Source: Dictyostelium discoideum (taxonomy: Eukaryota). From it: DNA of 64,000 nt. Below the pieces are notes generated by a model. It saw only the letters and a list, made by a program, of their open reading frames with translations, did not search any database and was not told the origin of the DNA. A program made the position numbers and the translations under genes. This document shows positions 35,531 to 48,711 of the stretch, one piece after another. How positions within the stretch are numbered: the first letter of the stretch is position 1; the number at the start of each line of letters is the position of its first letter. The stretch lies in NCBI GenBank assembly GCA_000004695.1, contig CM000151.3, positions 4,352,001 through 4,416,000 on the forward strand. Direction: 5' to 3'.

Positions 35531-35838
35531 ATAGTTTTAAATTGTAAATAAAAAAAAATAAATAAAAAAATAATTTAAATAAAGTCAATTTATTTAAAAT
35601 TCGATTGAATAAAAAAAAAAAAAAAAATAAAAAAAAAAGTTTTCTAAACACTTTTTTTTTTTATTTTTTTTAATATAATAATTTCAGCTTTAGTAGCCAT
35701 TATAAATACTTGTGAATAAAGTTTTTTGAAATTAAATAATAATAAAAAAAAACATCTTTTTTTTTTTTTTTTAAACCTATAATTTTTTATTTTTTTTATT
35801 TTTTATTTTTTTTTTTATTTTTTTTTTTATATTATCAT

Positions 35839-37865
35839 TTAAATTTGTTTTTTATCATAACAAACATGATCCCATAATGAGAAATGGTTCTTTGGACCAA
35901 CAGTACCATCAAGATTTTGGAATTCATGTACAAAGTAAACAGAGAATTTATATAATTGTTCATCACCAGTATGTCTTTTATTGAATTCTCTACAGAGATA
36001 TCTACCATGTTCTAATCTCATAGAATCACTATTTGCTTGATTATAACCATTTTCATAATATTTAAACCATCTATGATTACCATAAGACTTGTAGAATGGA
36101 TTTGGTTTTTCAAAGTTTACTTCAGTATTAATTTGAAAATTAAACATACCTTCATTTTTAAATAATTCAACTTTAGTACCATCATCTAATTCACCATGAA
36201 TAACATGCCACCAATGTGTTTTTGGTGGTGCTGGACTAAACATATTCCAACTTTGATCTATTATTAAATAAATTTAAATAAAATTAATAAATAAAATAAA
36301 ATAAAATAAAATAAAATAAATAAAATAATGAATAAAATTAAATTAAATAATTACCTAATCTTAAAACATAAGCAAATTGATGCCAACTTTGTTGGAAACC
36401 AAAATTATAATCAAAAACATTCAAATTATAAGCAAATAAGAAATAACAAATGAATAACATCCAAATGTTATTTAAAATTGAATAAATACGTGGAGTTTGT
36501 GGAATTGGATTCTTTTTCTTTTGATATAAACTTCTTTTACCACTAGACATAATTAATGATTGTTGTGAACGACTATGAATCTTTTGACAAATCTTTGTAA
36601 ATAACATACACATATTTGCAGGTACATATGTCAATGCCTTTGCCAATGGGAATAGTAAAGGTGATTTACTACAAATGTAATTTAAAGCATGGATATTTCT
36701 TTTTCTAATTCCATTTGAATCAATTGTAACTAACCAATCATCACCAACTAAATCTTTTTTACTACCATTAATTAATGGGGAAGAAGAAAACATTGTTGAT
36801 GAAATTGTTGGTGATGATAAATTTGAAGTACGACGACGATGTGATCTTTCAGCGTCATCAGTATCTGAACCAGAGTTATCATTTGATGATGATGATGATG
36901 AACTACTGCTGCTTAATAAATATGGTGATTGAGTAGCACTATTATTGCTAATTGAATCTTCATTATTTAACATTTTTTCTAATGGTGAAAAAATAGCATG
37001 ACCTGGAATTATGAAATAAGTTTTAAAGATTAAAGCAATTCTTTGACTAATTGGACTTGAAGTATTATAATAAACACGAGTTGGTTGTTGACCTTTTAAT
37101 ACTTTCTCCTCTATCAAATCAAAGAATAATTCCCAAACTGTTGTTGGAATATTAATTAATTCTGCACCTGCTGTAACGAAAAAGAATAAACCTAAACGTA
37201 AACACATAATAAAACCAGCATGCATAGCAATAAATCCAATTGCACCAAATAATCTACACCAATCTGAATAAACTGGTGAAATTAAAAATAAAATACCAAA
37301 TAATTCCCATTTTGCAACTGCAATTGTTAAAACTCTATAATAATAATAATAATAATAAAAAAAGTTAATATGTTATTATTTTTATTATTGTTGTTATTGT
37401 TGTTAATTTATAATAAATTAAAATATTTACTTTAATGCTGGAGGGAAATATAAAAATAATTTAGCGATATCAGTAGCGAAATAATCTAAAGTTAAAGCAT
37501 AGAAAGTTGCATCACCATTATGCCATTCTGCACCAGATTTATGAAAATATGAAGTACAATACATTAAACCAATTTGTAAGATAATTGCACAAGTACCGAA
37601 TGAAACGAAACGATAACTATCTGGATCTCTTTTTGCTTGGATAACTTTTTGTTCAATACCACGTTCACTACCAATCTCAATACCAATTTCATCTTTATTA
37701 ATATTAATATCTTTTAATTGTTGTTGTTGTGGTGGTTGTAAAATTAATTCTTGGTCATGTTGTAATTGTTGTTGTAATAGTTGTTGTTGTTGTAATGGTG
37801 ATTCTGGTTCTGATAAATTAATTATTGGTATATTCGTACTATTTATTACATTATTTATTATTACA

Positions 37866-37896
<31 letters not shown>

Positions 37897-38473
37897 TTAC
37901 AATATTATTATTATTATTATTATTTAAACGTTTTATTGGTGAATCTTGATAAAATGTTGCACTATCCCAAGAGAAATATTTTGAAGTTGGTATGAAAATA
38001 TTTAAAAATAACATCATACGAAAGAAAACATCACCACCATGACCAATGACACCAATGTAGGCTTGCAATGAAATTGTCATTAACCAAGTTAGAATAGAGC
38101 TTAGTTTTGTACGATAACCAATTAACATTGAAAATGCAATTACAATATGTAATGTGAATAGAAATGCTTGGAAACAAAATGATGTATTAACTAAATGAAT
38201 TGGTAAAAAGTAATTACTACTATAACGTGATGTAATTAAATGACGAGGCATAACACCACTATCTGTATACATTACACTTAAATCCGTTGCACGTTCAATA
38301 ACATCACCAATTACACATAATGCCATCGTAACTCTAAACAATGCCATTGATCTATAATCCATACCAAACATCATCAATGTTTTATGTTGAACCTTTTTCC
38401 ATGTCTCTTTTGATATAAAATTATGAAATGATTCTGTAAAACTTTGTGGTCTTTTTAATTTTAATTTACCCAT
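35839..38473 (-). CDS. HTTM-domain protein resembling vitamin K-dependent gamma-glutamyl carboxylase, about 813 aa in 3 exons
   Basis: Exons at 38473..37431, 37334..36355 and 36257..35839. SMALFRVTMALCVIGDVIERATDL matches VKGC [50 protein letters not shown] matches VKGC [35 protein letters not shown] matches HWLFSPF. In the C-terminal exon, HWWHVIHGELDDGTKVELF matches VKGC HVKITYRDGRTGELGYL. Multiple predicted transmembrane helices; an N-rich insert in exon 1. Confidence 0.65.
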
Positions 38474-38564
38474 TTTTTTTTTTTTTTATTATTTAATTAA
38501 TTAATTTATTAACTTTTAAAAAATTATAATTATTATTATAATTATTATTTATGATAATATCATG

Positions 38565-38612
<48 letters not shown>

Positions 38613-39349
38613 GAATGGTTTATTGCTTATTGTTTTTTTTTTTATTTTTTTTTATTTTTTTTAAACAAAAAGTGACAAGAATAAAAAAATAGAACAAAAA
38701 AAAAAAAAAAAAGAAAATTAAAAAATGATTTTGAAGAAAGTAAAATAAAATATAAAAAATAAAAAAAAAAAAAAATAAAAAAAATGAGCTGCTGGTAGAT
38801 TCGGTTGGATAACTGAGCAAACAGAAATTTTTCCAAAATTTCCAAATTTTGATATTTTTCAACTTTGGCGAAGAAATATTTTATTTTTTTTTTTTTTTTT
38901 TTATTTTTTTTTTTTTTTTTTATTTTTTTTTTATTTTTTTATTTTTTTTTTTATTAACCAAAAATTAATTTGGTTGATATTTAAGTATGGTTGATGTTGT
39001 TTATTTTAATAAATTGACTTGGTTTTTATTCAAATGAATAACAAAGCAATATCACCGAAATAAAAAAAAAAAAAAAAAAAAAAAAAAACAATTGAATTTT
39101 CTATTTTCGTTTTAATTTTATAGAATCATCTTGACAGTACAGAATCAGTAAAATTTTTTTTTTTTTTTTTATTTTATAATGATATAAGATATAAAGAATA
39201 TATTTTTCTCTCTCTTTTTCTTAAATATCTTTTTTAGTTACCTAAATAAAAAAGTTTTTTTTTTTCTCTTCTCGAGTCTTTTTTTTTTTTTTAAAATAGA
39301 TTTTTATTTTTAGATTTTTTTTTTTTTTTTTTTTTTTTTTTGAAAAAAA

Positions 39350-39387
<38 letters not shown>

Positions 39388-39450
39388 TTTGATAAATAAA
39401 ATAAATATAATCCTTTTTTTTTTTTTTTTTTTTATTTTCTTTTTTTTATT

Positions 39451-40827
<1,377 letters not shown>

Positions 40828-41137
40828 ATTATATAATATAAAATAGTGTATATAGAAAAAAAAAAAAAAAAAAAAAAAAAAATAAAAAATAAAATAAAAT
40901 TGAAAAATTGGGAATTGGAAAAAAAAAAAAATAAAAAAAAAAAATAAAAAATAAAAAATTTTTTTTACAACATACAAAAACCTTTCTTTCTTTCTTTCTT
41001 TTTTTTTTTTTATTTTATTTTATTTATTAAACTTTATTTAACTGTTTTGCCAACCTTTCATTATTTTGTAATGAACTTATTCTTTTTCTTTCTTTAACAA
41101 AATAAATTGAAAAAACAAATACTACTAAAACTACAAC

Positions 41138-41205
41138 CTAAATTTTTATTATTATTATTATTTTTTTTTTTTTTTTGGAATAAGGAAATATTAATATTAA
41201 TATTA

Positions 41206-41247
<42 letters not shown>

Positions 41248-41815
41248 CGATTATAATAATTACTTCAAAATATATTATATTAATTGCGGAAGTTTTTTCA
41301 ATTTTAGGATTATTATTATTATTATTATTTATACCATCAATATTATGATTTTTGTTATTATAATAATTATTATTTTTAGTTTTTTTATTATTTAAAATTT
41401 TACAAGAAATAAATCGTATTGATTCATTATCTTCACAAAACATTTTAATTCTATGATTAGTTGAACAATATGGTTCATTCTTTTCAGATTCTAAACATTC
41501 TCTACAAGTTTCTATTATTTTACATCCATTCTCTTGATAATTACTAGCATCTTCACTATCGTCAAAATCAATTGTTTCACCATTTGGTGTTTTACCTCTG
41601 GTTATTTTAAAATCATCTAATAATAATAATTCTTCACTACTTTTTTCTTTTTCTTCTTCTTCTTTTTTAATTACGTCATTATCATTATTGTTTTTTAATA
41701 ATTTATTATGATTATTTTGTATTATTGAATTTATATTATCTTTTTCTGAATTCGCTATATTAAAAATATTTAATAATAATATTATTATTATAATAAATTT
41801 AATTATTCCTTTCAT
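41138..41815 (-). CDS. Small secreted Cys-containing protein with an N-terminal signal peptide; function unknown, 3' end of the model uncertain
   Basis: ATG at 41815. Signal MKGIIKFIIIIILLLNIFNIANS. Six-Cys segment CKIIETCRECLESEKNEPYCSTNHRIKMFCEDNESIRFISC. The ORF tail runs into poly(A)-derived lysines, so the true stop or a downstream splice site is unresolved. Confidence 0.35.
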
Positions 41816-42653
41816 TATATTATTATTACTATTATTATTATTATATATAAATTAATTGGTGTTTAATAATTTTTTTTATTTTTTTTATTTTTTTTATTTT
41901 TTTTATTTTTTTCAATTAAAATTTTAATGAAATTAATAATTATTATATATTAGTTTTTTTTAAGTTATTGGTTTATGTGTTTTAAAAAACTATTATTATT
42001 ATTGTTATTGTTATTATTATTATTTGTATAAATTTTTTTTATTTTTTTTTAATTTTATAAAGTATTCAAAAAAAAAAAAAAAAAAAAAATTAAAAAAAAT
42101 AATATAAAAAAAAATAAAAAAAAAAATAAAAAAAAAAATAAAAAAAAAAAAAAAAATAAAAAAAATAAAAACCGCTCCAATTCTAAAACAGTGTGGAATG
42201 TGAAAATATATTGATACTGCGTTATATCAACAAAATTAAGTTGTTTTTTTTTTTGTGTGTGTTAGATTGCAAATTATTTGGAAATTTTTTTTTTTTTTGA
42301 CAATTTTAAATTATTTGTGTTTGTAGAAAATTTAAAAAAAAAAAAAAAATAATATTCTTGAGAATTGAATCTAGATTTGCAATCATTTTAAAAGTCGGTC
42401 CAATTAAACTATTTTAATACATACTTTTTTTTATTTTATAATCATCTGGATTTATCTTTTTATTAAAAGAAAATGGTGAAAATTTCAACAAAACTATTTT
42501 AAAATTAATTGAAAAAAAAGGAAAATAAAAAAAAAAAGTTAAAAAATAATTTCATAGGATATCCATTTTTTTATATTTTTATTTATTTTATTTTTTTATT
42601 TTTTTTTATATATACACTAGTGATTACTATTTACTATTTATTATAAAACTAAT

Positions 42654-43239
42654 TTAATTTATATTTACAGTTGTTGGTTTATTATTAATATTAATATTAT
42701 TGTTATTAATATTATTATTATTATTATTTAAATTATTTTGATAAAAATTATCATAATAAATTGTTTTTTTATATTTATTTTCAATATAATTTTTAACAGG
42801 TATTTCATGTTTTTTATTTTTATTTGCATGATAAGTATTTACGACAAAGAAAGCGACTACCCAAAATTTATCAGTTACTAATTTTGCCATTTCTTTACTA
42901 CTATCAATTTTAAATTGATTCAATATATAAAACCAACGTCTTCTAATTGCACTATCCAACATATTGAAATGACTTAAACCATCTGAACAATCGATTTCAT
43001 TTAATATTATATCACTATCATAAATTGATATTAAATCATTAAAAAATTGAGCTTTTTTAATTAAATTATCTTCTTTAAATATAATCATTTCATTATGATT
43101 TAAATTATTATTTGATAAAATTGGTGAACCTTTTTTATAATTATATTTTATTGATATTATACATGAATCATCATTATCATTATTAATTTCATCATCATCA
43201 TTATTAATTATTTCATTAATTTCATTATTATTATTAATT

Positions 43240-43312
<73 letters not shown>

Positions 43313-43523
43313 ATGGTTTTTTCTGTTTAATAAAATTTAAAATTATTCTAAAATCTTTTCTGTATTCATCATCACCATATAAATTTAAGAGGTATAATTT
43401 CTCTTGTGATTTTCTTTCGAAAATTTCATATATAACTACTAAAATTGAAATAATTACTGATATTAATGAGATTATTAATGTAATAATTGATAAATCTAAA
43501 TTAAATGAATCAATATCTGTCAT
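42654..43523 (-). CDS. Hypothetical 289-aa protein with one N-terminal transmembrane helix and an N/D-rich low-complexity region
   Basis: ATG at 43523, TAA at 42654. Transmembrane helix LSIITLIISLISVIISILVVIYEI. No recognisable domain. Confidence 0.45.
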
Positions 43524-43577
43524 CTTATATATATATGTAGGTTAATAAAAAAGTATTAATATTGCGTAACTTTTTTT

Positions 43578-43609
<32 letters not shown>

Positions 43610-43656
43610 ATAAAAAAAACAAAAAAACACATATCAAGTGTCATATATGTCAAAGG

Positions 43657-43692
<36 letters not shown>

Positions 43693-43990
43693 AAACAATA
43701 AAATAAAACTGAAAAACAAAACTGAAAAATCTTACTTATTCCGCCATCAAATGATTTCAATGAAAATTTCAAAGTTTTCTCATATTAAACATAATCACCA
43801 TCACTTTTTTTTACCATTAAAAAAAAAAAAAAAAAAAAAGTAAATATAAAAAAGATATTAACATATATTTAAAATAATAGTTTTTATTTTTTATTTTTTT
43901 TTATTTTCCTAAATTTTTAATTAAAATTAAGATTTATCATATTTTCTAAACATTTTTTTTTTATTTTTTTTATTTATTTATTTTTAATTT

Positions 43991-44675
43991 TTAATCAATT
44001 TTCTTTGATTTAATATTAGTATTACTATTAGAATTTTTTGGTGTATAAGATTTAACAAAGAATTTAGAGAATAAGAAAAGGAAAGAAAAGTTAATTGAAT
44101 AGGCAGCAGCAAAAGCAGGATAATGAGTGAAACAACCAATAGTATTAATAGTATAAACATGAAGTACACCAGCGATACCAAGACAAACGAATTGAAGGAT
44201 TTGAATCATTGTAATATATTTTTTCCACCAAACTGTTTTACCTCTACCAGTTTGGAAATAGAAATAGTACATGAATACATGAACGAATGTATTTAAAAAC
44301 ACAACCCATAATTGGAAATTCCAACCACTGTATAAAAAAGAACCAACATAACCAAACGACAATACAATGATGATAGACGTGTAAGAAAATCAATGGTTTC
44401 TTTTTCAATACTATAATAACTGTATCTAAAAGTTCATAAAATTTACTAATATAAAATATATAGGACCAATAATAGGTTACACCTTTATCAAATCCACCGT
44501 TTGGATCTTCACAAACTGTGAATAATGGTCCTTCATTTGAAACTCTTTTAATAATTTCATATAAAACACCAACACACATAATTAATGACCAAATACATAA
44601 AATTGCATTATGTAAAATTGAAATGAATTTTAAAGAAAATGGTTTTCTATTTTTCATTAAAAACTAAATAATTAA

Positions 44676-44713
<38 letters not shown>

Positions 44714-44991
44714 AAAATAAAATTAGAATTTATTTTACAATAATTAAATTATTATATGAATATATATAGTATTTTTATATTTACTTTAATTGAAAAAATT
44801 GTAACTAAATAAATAACTAAAACAATTGGAATTATTTGAAATTGTGAAAATGGTGTAACACCAAAATTAAATTTATAATTAACTGGATCAATTAATTCTT
44901 TCCAATTTGAATCTTTAAAACTATGTTGAACCAATTTTTCCCAACTTTTTGGGTCAGTCCATTCTGTAATTATAGATTGAACAGTTTCCAT
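43991..44991 (-). CDS. ELO (GNS1/SUR4) family fatty-acid elongase in 2 exons, with an apparent +1 frameshift in an A6/T6 homopolymer at about 44334-44339 (sequencing error or pseudogene)
   Basis: Exon 1 at 44991..44785 (METVQSIITEWTDPKSW...IFSIK|GTAAAT), with the acceptor at 44663. Conserved LHVYHHCIVVWLCWFFF (HxxHH box) reads in one frame. SGWNFQLWVVFLNTFVHVFMYYFYF...TVWWKKYITMIQILQFV reads in the +1 frame. Overlapping track ORFs 44244..44657 and 43991..44362 mark the shift. Removing one T restores CWFFLYSGWNF with family-typical spacing. Confidence 0.7.
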
Positions 44992-45572
44992 ATTTATAAT
45001 TTTATTTTTTTTTTTTTCTGTATTTATAAATAAATAAAAATTATTTAAAATAAAATTTTTTTTTAAGCGACTGACAGAAAAACAATACGAAAAAATAAAA
45101 ATAAAAATGACAAAAAAAAAAAAAAAAAAACTTTTAATAGAAATATCGGGTGTCGCTTTGTTAAAATAAAATAAAAAAATAAAAAAAATAAAAAAAAAAT
45201 AAAAAAAAAATAAATTTAAGTTTGGGAAATCCCAAACCAAGATATTTTTTTTAAAAAAAAAAATGATTTCACTAATTTATTTAATGATAATTATGTAAAA
45301 TAATTACATTTTTTTAAAATTATATAAAAGTTTAAAATTAAAAAAAATAATTAATATTTTTGAAAAAAAAAAAAAAAACTTACTATCAGAAAGGTTATTA
45401 ATTTTTTTTTTATTTTTTTTTTATTTTTTATTTTTTTTTTTTTTCAAAAATATAAATTTTTTTTATTTTTTTTTTTTTTTGTTATATTTTTTTTGGATAA
45501 TGAAATATAAGTTACTTCTCATTGGGATATATGTTCTCATTGGTATATAAAAAAATCTATTTAATATAAAAC

Positions 45573-45603
<31 letters not shown>

Positions 45604-45911
45604 TCTTGAAAATCTTGTTAATTCCAAACAACAAACATATATACAATATATTCGTTCAATGATTCAAAATATTATTAAAATTAATTCGAAAAAATTTAGA
45701 CAAATTAAAAAAAAAATAGAAAATAAATTGTTAAATGCTTATATTGATAAGGTTGGCGCTTGTCTGTTGGTCGCCTCTTTTTTTTTTTTACTCTTATTTT
45801 TTATTTTCCATGCATATCCCCTTAAAAATTGATTAAAAAAAAAAAAAAAATGAATAAAAAATATGACTTTGTTAATTTTTAATATTTATTAATTTTTAAT
45901 ATATAATATTT

Positions 45912-46692
45912 TTAAAAATATGAAAAGTAATATTTAATTGAAGGATTTGAAGAATTAAAATAATTATTAATTGTAAATGATGAAATTGGTAATAAAGTAT
46001 CAAGATCAATGATTGAAACTTCAGTTACCATATCACCACCATCAGATTTGTTAAGATTTGAAATTATTAAACCAGATTTATCTAAAGTTAATTGGAATGG
46101 ATTAAATTGATTGTTATTATTATTATTTTTGAAATTATTATTAATTTTAGTACTGAAAACATTATTACAACTATTACTGGCGGCATCAAATTGACACATT
46201 TCCATAAGATCATTATTTTTACTAATTTGGATTAAATATAAATTTGAAGTATTTGGTGAAGTTAATAACATTGTGTTTTTAGATGGATCTTGTAAACCTT
46301 TAATAGAGTTAAATCTTTTTTCAACAGATATAGAACCACTAGTATCAATTACCATTAAATTGGTTTGACTCAAAGATAATGGTGAAAAGGCTATATACAT
46401 TAAATGATTTTGTTGATCATATGCAAGTAATGGTAAAAGGTCACTTGAAAAATTATCAAAATGAAAACAAAGACTACTTTGTTTGGAAAAATCATATTTT
46501 GCTAAACAATTAACAGCTGGTTCAATATTTGAAGTTTCATTGTCATATAAACTACATCATTTGAATAAGCATATGGTTGATTTGCATTTATACCTCTAAA
46601 ATTCAACATTGGTGAATCAATAACTCTAATTTCATTTGACTATTTAAAAATAAAATTAGTAAAATTTTTTTATTTTTTTTTTTATTCACTGC

Positions 46693-46753
<61 letters not shown>

Positions 46754-47181
46754 ATACATTTAAATTTAAAGAAAGAATAGAACCTGTTGAATAAAGATCA
46801 TTAATAGAGTATAAAAGAATCTTTTTTTAAAAAAAAAAAAAAAATTATTTTAATTTATTTATGTTAATAATTTATTTATGATCATAAATTTTTTTTTAAA
46901 AAAAAAAAAATTAAAAAACTTACAGAATTTGAAAGTTGATCAATACCTAAAATACCATTTATAACATATCCATTTGGTACATTAATTGAAACATTTTTAA
47001 CAACTGTATTTTGTGATGGATCAATAACTATAAAATATTGATTTGAATAGGTTTCATTATTAATTTGAAATGCATAAATAAAATGAGATTGGTTATCGCC
47101 AATACTTTCACTGATCACACAGCTTCTAAAATTAAGAACACAAAAATAAAATAAAAATAAAATAATTGAAAATGTTTTCAT
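45912..47181 (-). CDS. Secreted protein of unknown function; exon 1 carries a signal peptide, and the second coding block contains either a 77-nt intron or a frameshift
   Basis: Exon 1 at 47181..46924 encodes MKTFSIILFLFYFCVLNF...GIDQLSNS|GTAAGT. The intron carries an (AAAT)n repeat and ends at aaatag|TCAAATG at 46639. The frame switches between ...SPMLNFR and VNCLAKYDFSKQSS.... It is bridged by GTATAAAT (46593)...gaaccag (46517), or else is a real shift. TAA is at 45912. Confidence 0.45.
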
Positions 47182-47336
47182 TTTTTAGTACGAAAAGGTT
47201 TAAAAAAAAAAAAAAAAAAAATAAATAAAACTAAAAAAAAAAAAAACAAAAAAAAATTTAAAAATAATAAAAAATTAAAAACAATAAAAAATAATAAAAA
47301 ATTAAAAATAATAAAAAATACTTTAACTTACTCGAG

Positions 47337-47476
47337 ATATTTTAAAATATCCACCAAAAATCGCCACGTTGTTAGGAAAAAAAAAAAAAAATTGAAAAAT
47401 ATTGTAAACTTTCTCCAAATATTTTAAAATATCCACCAAAAATCACCATGTTGTAAGGAAAAAAAAAAAAAAAAAT
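47337..47476 (+). repeat. Two tandem, near-identical roughly 40-bp units, each followed by an A15-17 run (TATTTTAAAATATCCACCAAAAATC[G/A]CCA[C/T]GTTGT[T/A]AGG-An)
   Basis: Copies at 47337-47390 and 47419-47476 have 3 mismatches. Each oligo(A) tail resembles the 3' end of a severely 5'-truncated non-LTR insertion. They lie about 400-500 bp upstream of tRNA-Ser. Confidence 0.6.
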
Positions 47477-47880
47477 CTTTTTTTAGGGTCATTAAGTTAT
47501 TCAATTAAACATTCATATTCAGTTCAAAGAAATCAAACCATTGAGTTTGTTCCCACTTTATGGTGCTTTTTAAAGTGGAAAGATTTATTTTGTTTTTTTT
47601 ATTTGTTTGTTTATATTTATTTTTTTATTACTAGTTTTTGTCTAATATGTTGTTGATGTAATATAAGTATGATTCGATACAGATGACGTAGTGGAAAAGA
47701 TGAATAGTAGGTGGCCAATTGTAATCTTTAAAAAAAAAATATTTTTTAATTTATCTTTCTATTTTTTAATTTAATCATAATTTAGATAAAAGCTAAATTT
47801 TTTTATTACACATTTTTTTTGATTTTGATTTTGATTTTTTTTACACATGTCATTTCCTAAAAAATCGAAATTTCATCAAA

Positions 47881-47962
47881 GACATCGTAGCAAAGTGGTC
47901 TAATGCGTCTGACTAGAAATCAGATCCCTTCGGGGGCGCAGGTTCGAACCCTGCCGATGTCG
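47881..47962 (+). tRNA. tRNA-Ser (anticodon AGA), class II with a long variable arm
   Basis: GACATCGTAGCAAAGTGGTCTAATGCGTCTGACTAGAAATCAGATCCCTTCGGGGGCGCAGGTTCGAACCCTGCCGATGTCG. The acceptor GACATCG pairs with CGATGTC. The anticodon stem-loop is TCTGA-CTAGAAA-TCAGA. The variable arm is CCCTTCGGGGGC. The T-arm is GCAGGTTCGAACCCTGC. Confidence 0.9.
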
Positions 47963-48383
47963 ATATATTTTAACAAAATATCCACTTTACGAAGTTCGGA
48001 TCTGGACTATTTTTTTAAGACCAAAGTTTGTTATACCGCTTTTAGGTAAAAAAAAAAAAAAAGACCAAAGTTTGGCCTTACTCAAACAAATTGGTTAGAA
48101 ATCCCATTAATATATTAAAAAATATATTAAAAGAAGGGGTAAACAGACTCCCTAGTATAAAGAGTTACAAGATTATCTTTTAAGACAAACATATTGAAGT
48201 TAAATCAGAGAAATCGAAATTTATAAATTTTAAAATTCGAGTTCCTATTAAAATAAAACCTTTTTTATTTTTTTTTTTTTACATTTACAAATAACCAGTA
48301 TTGAAATGTTAAAATCTAAAATGTTGTAAAAATTTTAATATTGGTAATTTTTCACCAAAAGATACAATATTAAAATGAATTAT

Positions 48384-48530
48384 TTAATTCAAAACTTTTT
48401 TATAGAAATTTGTTTTTGTTTTTGGTTGTTCTTATTTGTTGTTTTTGTTTGTTGTGCCCTCTTTTTGATGTGCACAAATAAGAACAACAAAAAACAAAAA
48501 CAAATTTCTATTAAAAAAGTTTTGAATTTA
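48384..48530. repeat. Near-perfect inverted repeat with roughly 56-bp arms and a roughly 35-bp spacer; potential long hairpin
   Basis: The left arm is ttaattcaaaacttttttatagaaatttgtttttgtttttggttgttcttatttgt. The right arm, acaaataagaacaacaaaaaacaaaaacaaatttctattaaaaaagttttgaatttaa, is its reverse complement with 3 differences. It lies about 180 bp 3' of the ligase stop codon. Confidence 0.7.
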
Positions 48531-48711
48531 ACCCACACCACAATAGCACAATAAATTACACCAAAACTTTATGTATTTTTTAATTTTAAAAATCTTTATC
48601 TGTTTTTATTATATATATGTTTTTTTTTTTTCCTTTAATTTTTTTAATTCCAAAAATAATTGACCACTCTACAATTGATGTAAATTTTTTTAATTTTTTA
48701 TTTTTTTTTTT

